In this document: piece after piece, positions 20,121 to 29,131 of the stretch
Numbering within the stretch: position 1 is the first letter of the stretch
Layout of the letters: each line of letters begins with the position of its first letter
From: Ignavibacteriales bacterium
GTDB taxonomy: Bacteria > Bacteroidota > Ignavibacteria > UBA10030 > UBA8401
Reading direction: 5' to 3'
Assembly: GCA_037443785.1 (NCBI GenBank)
Contig: JBBINR010000013.1
Span: forward strand, 9,525 to 73,524
Length of the DNA: 64,000 nucleotides
Program-made: the position numbers and the translations under genes
Notes under the pieces: model-generated
Database searches by the model: none
The model's input: the letters and a program-made list of their open reading frames with translations, nothing else
Told to the model about the DNA's origin: nothing

Positions 20121-20160
20121 CAGGGCAACACTCTCAATAACACATCTGCGTCATTTTAAG
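20121..20160 (-). promoter_or_regulatory. second copy of the conserved upstream element (imperfect palindrome ACACATCTGCGT)
   Basis: agggcaacactctcaataacacatctgcgtcattttaagg lies 66-98 bp upstream of the BNR paralog start. Confidence 0.45.
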
Positions 20161-20185
20161 GGAAGAAAATTGAACGTGGAAAAAA

Positions 20186-20836
20186 TTATTTCAGAAGACC
20201 TTGCTTGATCGCTTTTGCGACTGCTTCGCTGCGGGAATGGACGTGGAGCTTTTCATAAATGTTGCGGATATGATTACGAACTGTTTCCGGTGAGATGAAA
20301 ATTTTCTCTGCAATCTGCTTATAGTTTAATCCTTGCACAAGAAGTCCCAAAACTTCCTGCTCACGCAGCGAAAGAATTTCCGATTCGGAATCTTTTTGTT
20401 CTGCGCGAGTTTTAAATGCTTCCAACACACGGCGCGCTACAAACGGCGTCATGGAGGTACCGCCATTGAGCGTTTCTTCGACCGCTTCTAAGATTTTCTG
20501 CCCCGAAGTTTGCTTTAACAGATATCCATCAGCCCCGGCAAAAATTGCCTGCATAATCTTTTCATCGTCGGTAAAATTCGTCAACATGATGATTCGAGGT
20601 GGAGTTGACCGTTTCTTCAATTCACGTACGCCGTCAATTCCTGAACCGTCGGGCAGTCCTATATCCATCAATACAACATCCGTCGATGTCATATTCTTCA
20701 GAACATCAGAGACCGTCTCATATACTCCGGCAAGTTCAAACCCTTTGGCAGATTGAACGACCTCGCTGACAATCTCACGGTAAGACGGATGATCTTCAAC
20801 GATGACTACACGAATATTTTTTCTTTTCGGTGGCAT
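20186..20836 (-). CDS. two-component response regulator, NarL/FixJ (LuxR-type HTH) family
   Basis: 216 aa; receiver domain (VVIVEDHP...D58-like MDIGLPDGSG) and a C-terminal LuxR HTH (LSLREQEVLGLLVQGLNYKQIAEKIFISPETVRNHIRNIYEKL). Confidence 0.9.
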   Translation of the reverse strand: MPPKRKNIRVVIVEDHPSYREIVSEVVQSAKGFELAGVYETVSDVLKNMTSTDVVLMDIGLPDGSGIDGVRELKKRSTPPRIIMLTNFTDDEKIMQAIFAGADGYLLKQTSGQKILEAVEETLNGGTSMTPFVARRVLEAFKTRAEQKDSESEILSLREQEVLGLLVQGLNYKQIAEKIFISPETVRNHIRNIYEKLHVHSRSEAVAKAIKQGLLK

Positions 20837-20875
20837 AGAGTGTCTATAGCAATCTTAGAGTAATTGGTTTTAGAA

Positions 20876-23800
20876 TCAATGACGCAATTGCGCCATTTTA
20901 ACTTGCACTGAAATTGATGTCCCTTTATTTTTCATTGAATCAATATGGATGACAGCACCAATTTTTTCAGCACGCGCATTCATATTTTTCAATCCGTGTC
21001 CTCCTATCGTCCTTGTCCTGGCGCCGGATCGCTCTATCCCCTTTCCATCGTCGCGAATGGTAAGATAAAAAACATCATCCTCGAACCATGAAAGGAGTTC
21101 GACCGACGATGCATCCGAATGTTTGATAATATTGTTTATTGCTTCCTTAAAAATGAGATAAATATTTTTCCGAACTTCCTCCGCTATCATAATTTCCGGA
21201 GGAATGATGCAAAATGCTAAATGGCATTCCAGTGAATGGTCATGACACCATTGAACCGAAAGATCGCCAATCCTGTCGACAAGATTTTTTAATGAATCAT
21301 GGCTCGGCGAAAGCGACCATACAACTTCTTCCATCGATTGTTTCGCATCGGATGACATCGCCGATAATTTATTTATTGCGTTTTCTAAATCGTTTCGACG
21401 TTGATTTGAACGATGCTGTATGGTTTCAGCATACAATGAAATACTATTCAGTGTCGAAGCAACGTCATCATGCAGATCGCGCGCGATTTTTTCCCGGACA
21501 CGCTGCCGCTCATCTGTCAATGCGCGTTCATGTTCAAGTTCTACGATCCGTTTTTTTAGTTTTCGGCGCGACACATACCAGGAGCCTGTAAAAATACCGC
21601 TAATAAAACCAAAGGCAGAAAATAATTTAAACCAGACCGTTGCCCACCACGGCGGTGAGATGATGATTTTAATTGATGTGCCTTGTTCATTCCAAATGCC
21701 GTCGTTGTTCGATCCTTTGACGTGAAAAACATATTCGCCGGGATCAATATTTGTATACCGCACAAACCGCTTGCTGCCCGCTTGCACCCATTCTTTATCG
21801 AGTCCTTTCAACATATACGCAAAACAATTGTTGCCGGGCGCAACGAGAGATAACGAAGAAAGTTCAAATGAGAAAAAGTTTTGATTGTAGGAAAGGACAA
21901 TGACCGAGTCGCGAAGCAGGGGTGAATAATCTTCATCGAAAATTTTAAATTGCGTAATGGCAATCGGCGGGATAAATTTGCTGTCCTGAATGCTGTCAGG
22001 AAAGAATTCCATCATTCCGTTATGAGCGCCAAAATAAAATTTACCGCTTCTTCCGCGATGGTACGCATTCTGATTAAATTCATTATTGATCGTGCCATCG
22101 TTTCGAAGATACGTGCGGAATGTTTTCTCCCGTGGAGAAAATTTCGACAAACCTTTTGCCGTACTCAGCCATAAATTATGTTTTTTGTCTTCAAGTATTC
22201 CGTATATCATATCCGTTTTCAAACCATCGGATTCCTTATAAGGAATAAAATGAAGGGAATCACCATCCTGCACTACTTTGTCGATCCCTCCGGCAAACGT
22301 TCCAACCCACAACGTGTTATCATGAGACTGATAAATACAGGAAACGACATTGTTGCTTATCGCATTTTTATCCGACGCGCTGCCTTGATATACTTTATAA
22401 GAATTATTTTTCGTGTCAAACCGGATGAGACCGCCGCCGTTCGTTCCAATCCAAAGATATCCGTCATTCGTTTTACACATCGACATTACCGTCTCTAAAT
22501 TTCTTTGGATGAAATTTGAATCGCTAAAAAATCGTTCAATTCGCCGTGATCCGTAGTTGTACTTCGCTAATCCAATTGATGTTCCCCACCAGATATTTCT
22601 TCGATCGTCAGGCAGCAACGAGTAAATGAAATTTCCTCCGAAAACATTTCCGGCCGACGAATCAAATATTAATTTCAGATTGTTCCCCGTACCCCTTGAA
22701 TAATAAAGTCCGTTCCGCGTCCCTATCCACAATGTGCCGCTGCTATCTTCCGACAAACACACCGGCCGCACAGCAGATATTTTCCGAAAACCTGAACGTT
22801 CATTTTCTCTCCGATATAGACCTGTATGCGTTCCAACCCAAAGCCGCCCGAGACGATCTTCCAGCATCGTCCACACGCTTCCATCTCCCAATGAATGGGG
22901 ATCGCTTGCATCATAGTGAGAGGTAATAAATTTTTTATTGTTTGGAATTACTTTGTTCAACCCGTCTGTGGTTCCAATCCATAAAATACTTTCGTCATCT
23001 TCGTAAATCGAAAGAATATTGTTATTACTAATGCTTGCAGGATTTAACGGATCATGAGCGTATTGTACCGCATCATAAATTTGCGGGCTACCATCGCGGG
23101 AATAATGTATCGTAAGCCGGAACACACCGATATCGCTTCCCATCCATGCATTTCCTTTTGAATCGAAAAAGACTATTCTTGACAGCCCTTTTTTTAGAAT
23201 CCGACGGGCGCGTTGTGACGTAGAAACCGCCCTTAGTTTTTTATCTTTGGAATCGTAGTAACACAACCCTAAACGTTCGTCCCCCAACCAAATGACGTTG
23301 TGCGGGTCTTTGCAAAGCCATGTTATAACGTGGTGTTGGATTTTTTTTTGTAATCGGGATTCAAATTTTATTTCTGTAAAGAATCCGGTCTCCGGGTTTA
23401 CTGTGAAAACTTTTTTTGTTGTCGTTACCCAAATGAGCGTATCATACTCTGTGCACACATCCATTATTTGGTCTTCACCATGGACTCCGCCGGGGATAAA
23501 ATATTGGTGATGTGTTTTGGTAATCGGAGAATATTTGACAAGGCTTCCGGTAAAGCTAACGAAGAGATTCCCCTTACTATCTTCACAGAATCCGCGGGCA
23601 TTCCCAAGGGCCGGCAATGGTATTTGTGCCAAGTTTGAAAAATGTTCAACGCGAAAATCTTGAGGATCGACGATATCAAGATCACTTGTTTGATACCGGA
23701 CGATGATTTTCCCTCCTTTTGAACAACTCAATTGCCAGACATTATTGGCGGATAACGATAATGAATCGCCTGTCCGATGTTTCAAAGTTTGAAAAGTTTT

Positions 23801-23983
23801 TCCGTCATATCTATTCAAACCATCGAGCGTTCCAACCCACAGGAAACCATGTTGGTCGCGGGTGATATCAAATGCAGAATTTTGAGAAAGTCCGTCTTCA
23901 ATCGTCAAATGTTCAAAACGTACTTCCTGCGCAAAGAGGAAGAATTGAAATCCAAAAAGAAATAAGACAAATAAGAATCGCAT
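20876..23983 (-). CDS. sensor histidine kinase with periplasmic two-component-regulator beta-propeller and Y_Y_Y domains, HisKA_3 and HATPase_c
   Basis: The ORF track extends to 24136; the real start is the ATG at 23983 (signal/TM MRFLFVLFLFGFQFFLFAQE). Propeller repeats (WVGT/WIGT) are followed by the Y_Y_Y region (YVFHVKGSNNDGIWNE), one TM helix, the H-box RDLHDDVASTLNSISL and a C-terminal ATPase. It lies 40 bp upstream of the NarL-type regulator. Confidence 0.88.
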   Translation of the reverse strand: MRFLFVLFLFGFQFFLFAQEVRFEHLTIEDGLSQNSAFDITRDQHGFLWVGTLDGLNRYDGKTFQTLKHRTGDSLSLSANNVWQLSCSKGGKIIVRYQTSDLDIVDPQDFRVEHFSNLAQIPLPALGNARGFCEDSKGNLFVSFTGSLVKYSPITKTHHQYFIPGGVHGEDQIMDVCTEYDTLIWVTTTKKVFTVNPETGFFTEIKFESRLQKKIQHHVITWLCKDPHNVIWLGDERLGLCYYDSKDKKLRAVSTSQRARRILKKGLSRIVFFDSKGNAWMGSDIGVFRLTIHYSRDGSPQIYDAVQYAHDPLNPASISNNNILSIYEDDESILWIGTTDGLNKVIPNNKKFITSHYDASDPHSLGDGSVWTMLEDRLGRLWVGTHTGLYRRENERSGFRKISAVRPVCLSEDSSGTLWIGTRNGLYYSRGTGNNLKLIFDSSAGNVFGGNFIYSLLPDDRRNIWWGTSIGLAKYNYGSRRIERFFSDSNFIQRNLETVMSMCKTNDGYLWIGTNGGGLIRFDTKNNSYKVYQGSASDKNAISNNVVSCIYQSHDNTLWVGTFAGGIDKVVQDGDSLHFIPYKESDGLKTDMIYGILEDKKHNLWLSTAKGLSKFSPREKTFRTYLRNDGTINNEFNQNAYHRGRSGKFYFGAHNGMMEFFPDSIQDSKFIPPIAITQFKIFDEDYSPLLRDSVIVLSYNQNFFSFELSSLSLVAPGNNCFAYMLKGLDKEWVQAGSKRFVRYTNIDPGEYVFHVKGSNNDGIWNEQGTSIKIIISPPWWATVWFKLFSAFGFISGIFTGSWYVSRRKLKKRIVELEHERALTDERQRVREKIARDLHDDVASTLNSISLYAETIQHRSNQRRNDLENAINKLSAMSSDAKQSMEEVVWSLSPSHDSLKNLVDRIGDLSVQWCHDHSLECHLAFCIIPPEIMIAEEVRKNIYLIFKEAINNIIKHSDASSVELLSWFEDDVFYLTIRDDGKGIERSGARTRTIGGHGLKNMNARAEKIGAVIHIDSMKNKGTSISVQVKMAQLRH

Positions 23984-24040
23984 TTGAGAAAATACAACAG
24001 GAAGAAAGGAGAAGCAAGAATGGAATGTGAAGTACGTTTC

Positions 24041-24078
24041 AAATAAAACGCCGTTGAACCTCCCCAGGTCAACGGCGC
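24041..24078. repeat. copy 2 of the GC-rich CCCC-loop hairpin (terminator-like in the minus orientation), 65 bp upstream of the sensor-kinase start
   Basis: aacgccgttg-a-acct-cccc-aggt-caacggcg differs from copy 1 by a compensatory C-G to T-A pair in the stem. Confidence 0.6.
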
Positions 24079-24396
24079 TTGTAGCTATTGTTTCAACCGC
24101 CTTCAAGTTGAAACAAAGTGGTACGTTACACTTCAAAATCTCATCGTGCCAAGTTATCTTATCAATAACTCGTTCGGGTCATTTTCATTTGAAGAACGTA
24201 TAAGCTCTTCTTCGGTGTGGTAATCTGCAAAAACTCTCCGAACAATTCCACTCCGCTAAAAATTATTTTTTTCTAATGACAAACCGCTGAATTCCTGGAA
24301 TGATGACAAATTTCTTGCATAAATCGGTCAGGTTCTGTAATATCTTCAACGATCCCAGCATATTAACTAACGTTATATATTTAAGGAGTTGTATCC

Positions 24397-26310
24397 ATGA
24401 AGGAAAAAACTACTGTTCAAAATCCTGCACAGGATGAAATTTATCAACCGCAGCCGGACGTTATTGCACAAGCCAATGTGAAAGATCCGGAAGCACTTCG
24501 AACTGAAGCAGCAAAAGATATCCGTGCCTATTGGGCAAAACGTGCAGAAGAGCTTGAGTGGTATCAAAAATGGGATACGGTTCTTGATGATTCGAACAAA
24601 CCGTTTTACAAATGGTTCGTCGGGGGAAAAACGAATATTGTTTTAAATGCGTTGGACCGGCATGTGAGGACTTGGCGGCGAAACAAACTTGCGTTGATTT
24701 GGGAAAGCGAAAAAGGAGAATTGCGGACATATTCATATCACGCACTTAATCGAGAGGTGTGCAAGTTTGCCAACGTTCTTAAAAGCATGGGCGTCAGCAA
24801 AGGAGACCGCGTAACGATCTACATGCCGCGAATTCCGGAAACTGTCATTGCAATGCTTGCCACCGCAAAAGTCGGTGCCATCCATTCGGTTGTGTACGGT
24901 GGATTTTCTGTTGAAGCCTTGCACGGACGAATTGAAGATAGCGAATCAAAAGTGATTATCACCGCAGACGGCGGGAACATGAACGGCAAAAAAGTTGAAC
25001 TGAAAAAAATTGTCGATGAAGCATTACAGCGAAGCGGACAACCGGAACATGTTGTTGTCGTACGACATCTCGGCATTGATGTCACGATGGAAGCAGGACG
25101 TGACTATTGGTACCATGAATTAATGAGCCTTCCTCTCACACGCGACAGTATGAAATGCGAAACCGAAGTGATGGACGCTGAGGACCCCCTCTTCATTTTG
25201 TATACTTCGGGAACCACAGGAAAACCCAAAGCCATTCTGCATACCCACGGCGGATATTCTGTGGGTGTGTACACAACACTAAAAGATGTTTTTGATATCA
25301 AAGAAGACGACCGTTGGTGGTGCACGGCCGATCCAGGCTGGATCACGGGACATTCGTATATCGTCTACGCACCATTAATCGCCGGTGCAACATCCTTCAT
25401 GTATGAAGGAGCACCGACATATCCGTATCCTGATCGCTGGTGGAGAATGATTGAAAAATATGGAATCAATGTCTTCTACTCTACGCCGACCGCCATTCGC
25501 GGGCTGATGCGATTTGGAGAATCGTGGCCAAACCGCCACGACCTTTCTTCCCTGCGTTTATTGGGAAGCGTTGGTGAACCGATAAATCCGGAAGCGTGGC
25601 GCTGGTTCTTCAAAAAAATTGGAAAAGAAAAATGTCCGATTATGGATACATGGTGGCAGACAGAAACAGGAATGTTTATGATGGCACCGATGCCCGCAAT
25701 GCCATTAAAACCAGGTTCTGCAACAAAACCGCTTCCCGGAATATCAGCAGAAGTCGTTAATGAAGAAGGAAAACCTGTTGCTGACGGCGAAGAAGGATTT
25801 TTAGTTTTGAAAAATCCTTGGCCCGCCATGATGCGAACAATCTTCAAAGACCCTGATCGTTATGTACAGACTTATTGGAGCAAATTCAAAGATTTTTATT
25901 TTGTTGGAGATTCCGCACGGCGTGATAAAGATGGCTACTTTTGGATCATCGGCCGCGTTGATGATGTAATCAAGGTAAGCGGATATCGTCTCGGTACTGC
26001 TGAACTTGAGTCGGCATTCATTACACACCATGCAGTCGCTGAAGCCGCCGTCATCGGTTTGCCCCATGAAATAAAAGGAGTTGCAATCCATGCATATTTA
26101 ATTTTGAAAGCAGGCAATGAAGCCAGTGATGAATTGGCGGAGGAAATCCGAAAACATATAGCGCACGAAATGGGACCAATTGCAAAACCGGAAAAAATTG
26201 AATTTGTAAAATCACTACCGAAAACACGGAGCGGCAAAATAATGCGCCGTGTTTTAAAAGCTCGGGCAATGGGGATGAGCGAAGGAGATATTTCGACACT
26301 CGAAGAGTAA
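24397..26310 (+). CDS. acs: acetyl-CoA synthetase (AMP-forming)
   Basis: 637 aa; YTSGTTGKPKAILHTHGGY AMP-binding motif and the ACS-specific N-terminal domain. Confidence 0.92.
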   Translation: MKEKTTVQNPAQDEIYQPQPDVIAQANVKDPEALRTEAAKDIRAYWAKRAEELEWYQKWDTVLDDSNKPFYKWFVGGKTNIVLNALDRHVRTWRRNKLALIWESEKGELRTYSYHALNREVCKFANVLKSMGVSKGDRVTIYMPRIPETVIAMLATAKVGAIHSVVYGGFSVEALHGRIEDSESKVIITADGGNMNGKKVELKKIVDEALQRSGQPEHVVVVRHLGIDVTMEAGRDYWYHELMSLPLTRDSMKCETEVMDAEDPLFILYTSGTTGKPKAILHTHGGYSVGVYTTLKDVFDIKEDDRWWCTADPGWITGHSYIVYAPLIAGATSFMYEGAPTYPYPDRWWRMIEKYGINVFYSTPTAIRGLMRFGESWPNRHDLSSLRLLGSVGEPINPEAWRWFFKKIGKEKCPIMDTWWQTETGMFMMAPMPAMPLKPGSATKPLPGISAEVVNEEGKPVADGEEGFLVLKNPWPAMMRTIFKDPDRYVQTYWSKFKDFYFVGDSARRDKDGYFWIIGRVDDVIKVSGYRLGTAELESAFITHHAVAEAAVIGLPHEIKGVAIHAYLILKAGNEASDELAEEIRKHIAHEMGPIAKPEKIEFVKSLPKTRSGKIMRRVLKARAMGMSEGDISTLEE

Positions 26311-26342
26311 TTGCAAAAGTATTTTTCCATTGCATCGTTACG

Positions 26343-26380
26343 AAACGGTTCATTGATGATGAACCGTTTTTTATTTATTT
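26343..26380 (+). terminator. rho-independent terminator of acs
   Basis: Hairpin aaacggttcattgat-gat-gaaccgttt followed by ttttatttatttt. Confidence 0.7.
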
Positions 26381-26521
26381 TGCAAGGGATCGCTATCATT
26401 TAATACACAATTAAACTTTTAGTCCGGTTTGTGACCTCCGCCACTGCTCATCACATCTCCGGTTTGTATTCTATCGGTGGCATCACCAAAAATCAATCAT
26501 CAACATTTTTGAAAGGACAGT

Positions 26522-27328
26522 ATGAAAAAAACAAAATTTTTTGCAATGGTCGTGCTTGTGGGGCTTTTTGCAATCGTGAACGGATGCAAAAAATCTGATA
26601 ACCCTGTTACGTCAGAAACATCAGGTACCGGAACTAATCTGGCGATAGGTTTTTCGAAAGTAAGTTCACATTCTGCTTTTGGAAAAGTCGCTGCCGTAGA
26701 TTCTCTCCGGATTGACAGCGTTATCGCAGTCCTTCAAAGAATAAAATTCGAAGTGAATATTGATACGGTAAAAGTTGATACCACCGGAAAAGATTCGGGA
26801 GATAGTGATCGAGATTCGAGCATTATATTTAGAGGCCCATTCATCATTCACGTTCGAGATTCAAACGCAGTAAATTTTGCGAACCAAGTTCTTCCGGCAG
26901 GAAATTACAGCGGTATTAAATTCAAAATTCATCGAATACTAAAAGGTGAAAAATATGAAGACAGCGATGAACACAACCATCATTCGACTGTCGCGAACAA
27001 CGATTCAATCATCGGATACAGCGTCGGTGTATGGGGCGCCATAAAGAAAAATGGCGTGTGGGTTCCGTTTGAATTTAAAACCAACATGGAATTGGAATTC
27101 AAAATAAAAGGAAACTTTACGATTACGACTTCGACGAGTACACTAAACATCGCTCTTCGATTCAACACAGGTGATTGGTTTAGAGATCTTAAGACTGGAT
27201 TTCTTTTAGATCCAACAGATGCAACTCAAAAAAATCAGGAGTTTATTAGAGAAGCAATTAAGAAGTCCTTCGAACAAGGCAGAGGCGGTCACGATAAAGA
27301 TCACGATGGACATCCTGACAACGATTAA
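26522..27328 (+). CDS. hypothetical lipoprotein with His/Asp-rich C-terminal tail
   Basis: 268 aa; signal peptide with lipobox (AIVNGC); C-terminus GRGGHDKDHDGHPDND. No family was recognised. Confidence 0.6.
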   Translation: MKKTKFFAMVVLVGLFAIVNGCKKSDNPVTSETSGTGTNLAIGFSKVSSHSAFGKVAAVDSLRIDSVIAVLQRIKFEVNIDTVKVDTTGKDSGDSDRDSSIIFRGPFIIHVRDSNAVNFANQVLPAGNYSGIKFKIHRILKGEKYEDSDEHNHHSTVANNDSIIGYSVGVWGAIKKNGVWVPFEFKTNMELEFKIKGNFTITTSTSTLNIALRFNTGDWFRDLKTGFLLDPTDATQKNQEFIREAIKKSFEQGRGGHDKDHDGHPDND

Positions 27329-27352
27329 GCAAACACTGAAATACGATAAAAC

Positions 27353-27388
27353 AAAAAATCCTGCTGAGAAGCAGGATTTTTTGTTTTA
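27353..27388. terminator. bidirectional terminator
   Basis: Hairpin aaaaaatcctgct-gaga-agcaggatttttt between convergent genes. Confidence 0.7.
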
Positions 27389-27394
27389 AATATT

Positions 27395-28030
27395 TTATTT
27401 CAATAGCAGTTCTTTGAACAAATTCCAACCGAGAACAAATGAGATAAGCACCATGAGCAAACCAAAAAACCGTGTAATGTTTTTTAGTGTTTTTGGTTCA
27501 AACTTCATTTTGTGCTTTTCAACTAGGGCGACTAATGTGACAAACCAGATTGAAACTCCGGCTCCCGTGCCAAGGGCAAATAAACCATTATCATACGGTT
27601 TGGGTTCAATCAAATGATATCCATGCACGATACCGCCGATCGTCACCCAATATGCAAGAAATGACGGATTAGAAAAGTACATTGCCATGCCGATAAGAAA
27701 ATATCGTTTAAAACCCGGAGCATCGTCCTCTTTTTCCTGCATGTGAGGTTCGGGAACTTTGAAGAATGCCGTTCTCATGCCGAAGAAAAAGAAAATCGCA
27801 AACGTCATAATGCGAAACAGGAGTTCGAGTGACGGATGAGAAATTAATGTTGAAATTCCAAATAATGCTGCCGCACAATAAATAACATCCATCAGCGCTG
27901 ACCCTGTGCCGATCATTAGCGCCTGACCGGTGCGATTGTGCAGTGCTTTCATCATCACCGCTAAATTGATAGGACCAACCGGAATTGTTGTGAGATAACC
28001 GATAATAAAACCGACAACGAAGGCAATCAT
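27395..28030 (-). CDS. LysE/RhtB family amino-acid exporter
   Basis: 211 aa, about 6 TM helices; N-terminal IPVGPINLAVM motif typical of LysE-type translocators. Confidence 0.6.
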   Translation of the reverse strand: MIAFVVGFIIGYLTTIPVGPINLAVMMKALHNRTGQALMIGTGSALMDVIYCAAALFGISTLISHPSLELLFRIMTFAIFFFFGMRTAFFKVPEPHMQEKEDDAPGFKRYFLIGMAMYFSNPSFLAYWVTIGGIVHGYHLIEPKPYDNGLFALGTGAGVSIWFVTLVALVEKHKMKFEPKTLKNITRFFGLLMVLISFVLGWNLFKELLLK

Positions 28031-28132
28031 GAATTACCGCTCATTATGAATTGAACACTATTAAGTAACAAACAAATTGTAAAGATTCAAGAATTTTTTC
28101 CCGGCAGGTAAAAATTATGATGAATTATCGGC

Positions 28133-29131
28133 TTAAGCAGACTGCATTTCAAACAAGGATTCTTCAATGCCACCATGTTCTTTTACACGCAACAAAAGTT
28201 CGATGATCGGATTTGCTTCGGTGTAAATCATCAAATGCTGACGAAACTTTGCTGCATTCGCAACACCTTTTAAAAATCCCGAGTAAAATTTTCGCATCTC
28301 ACTGACTCCTCTTCGCTCTCCCTTAAACTCGGCAGAATTTTTCAACAATTGAATGCACACATCAATACGGTCCGAAAGTGTTCGAAGGTGCGGTGATTCC
28401 CCTGTTGCAAAAAATTGTTTTGTGTCAGAAAAAATCCACGGATTATCAATCGCACCTCGTCCGATCATCACTCCATCACATCCCGTTTCATCAAATACTT
28501 CTTTGATCTGCTTCGGCTCAACCAAACTTCCATTGACAATAATTGGAATTGAAACGGCTTGCTTTACTTTTGCAATCCAATTGAAATCTGGATCGCCGCT
28601 GTGTCCCTGGGATCGGGTGCGACAATGGATTGTCAATCCCTGCACTCCGATTCCTTCGAGCATCTTTGCAACTTCAACAATCTTAATGGAAGACTCATCC
28701 CAGCCAAGTCTTGTCTTTACTGTTACCGGAAGTTTTGTTGATTTGAGAACATTGACGACGACACGTTCCATTTGATCCAAATCTTTTAACAAACCCGCTC
28801 CTGCTCCTCGGCCGGCAACTTTTTTCACCCAGCAACCGGCGTTGATATCAATCAAATCAGGATTAAGCGAATCCGCCATTTTTGCAGCACCTTCCATCGC
28901 ATTTTCATCACCGCCGTAAATCTGAATTCCAAACGGACGCTCTTCTTCAGAGAAAAGCATTTTTTTAAATGTCTTTTTGGAGTTACGCACTAAACCATCG
29001 GAGTTGACAAATTCCGTGTACATCAAATCTGCACCCAGTTGTTTGCAGAGCAGACGAAACGGCTGATCGGTGACGTCTTCCATCGGAGCAAGAATGAGGG
29101 GCTTCTGTATTTCGATATTTCCGATTTTCAT
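28133..29131 (-). CDS. dusB: tRNA-dihydrouridine synthase
   Basis: 332 aa; ILAPMEDVTDQPFR, TIHCRTR and other Dus TIM-barrel motifs. Confidence 0.88.
   Translation of the reverse strand: MKIGNIEIQKPLILAPMEDVTDQPFRLLCKQLGADLMYTEFVNSDGLVRNSKKTFKKMLFSEEERPFGIQIYGGDENAMEGAAKMADSLNPDLIDINAGCWVKKVAGRGAGAGLLKDLDQMERVVVNVLKSTKLPVTVKTRLGWDESSIKIVEVAKMLEGIGVQGLTIHCRTRSQGHSGDPDFNWIAKVKQAVSIPIIVNGSLVEPKQIKEVFDETGCDGVMIGRGAIDNPWIFSDTKQFFATGESPHLRTLSDRIDVCIQLLKNSAEFKGERRGVSEMRKFYSGFLKGVANAAKFRQHLMIYTEANPIIELLLRVKEHGGIEESLFEMQSA

Noticed and set aside
23984-24136. The ORF track extends the propeller sensor kinase N-terminus by 51 codons (MKCNVPLCFNLKAV...).
   Set aside because: A typical signal/TM sequence (MRFLFVLFLFGFQFFLFAQE) starts at the ATG at 23983; the upstream extension lacks protein-like character.
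26423-26476. A short direct repeat tccggtttgt occurring twice upstream of the lipoprotein gene.
   Set aside because: Only 10 bp, with no accompanying structure or second locus; too weak to call a regulatory site.
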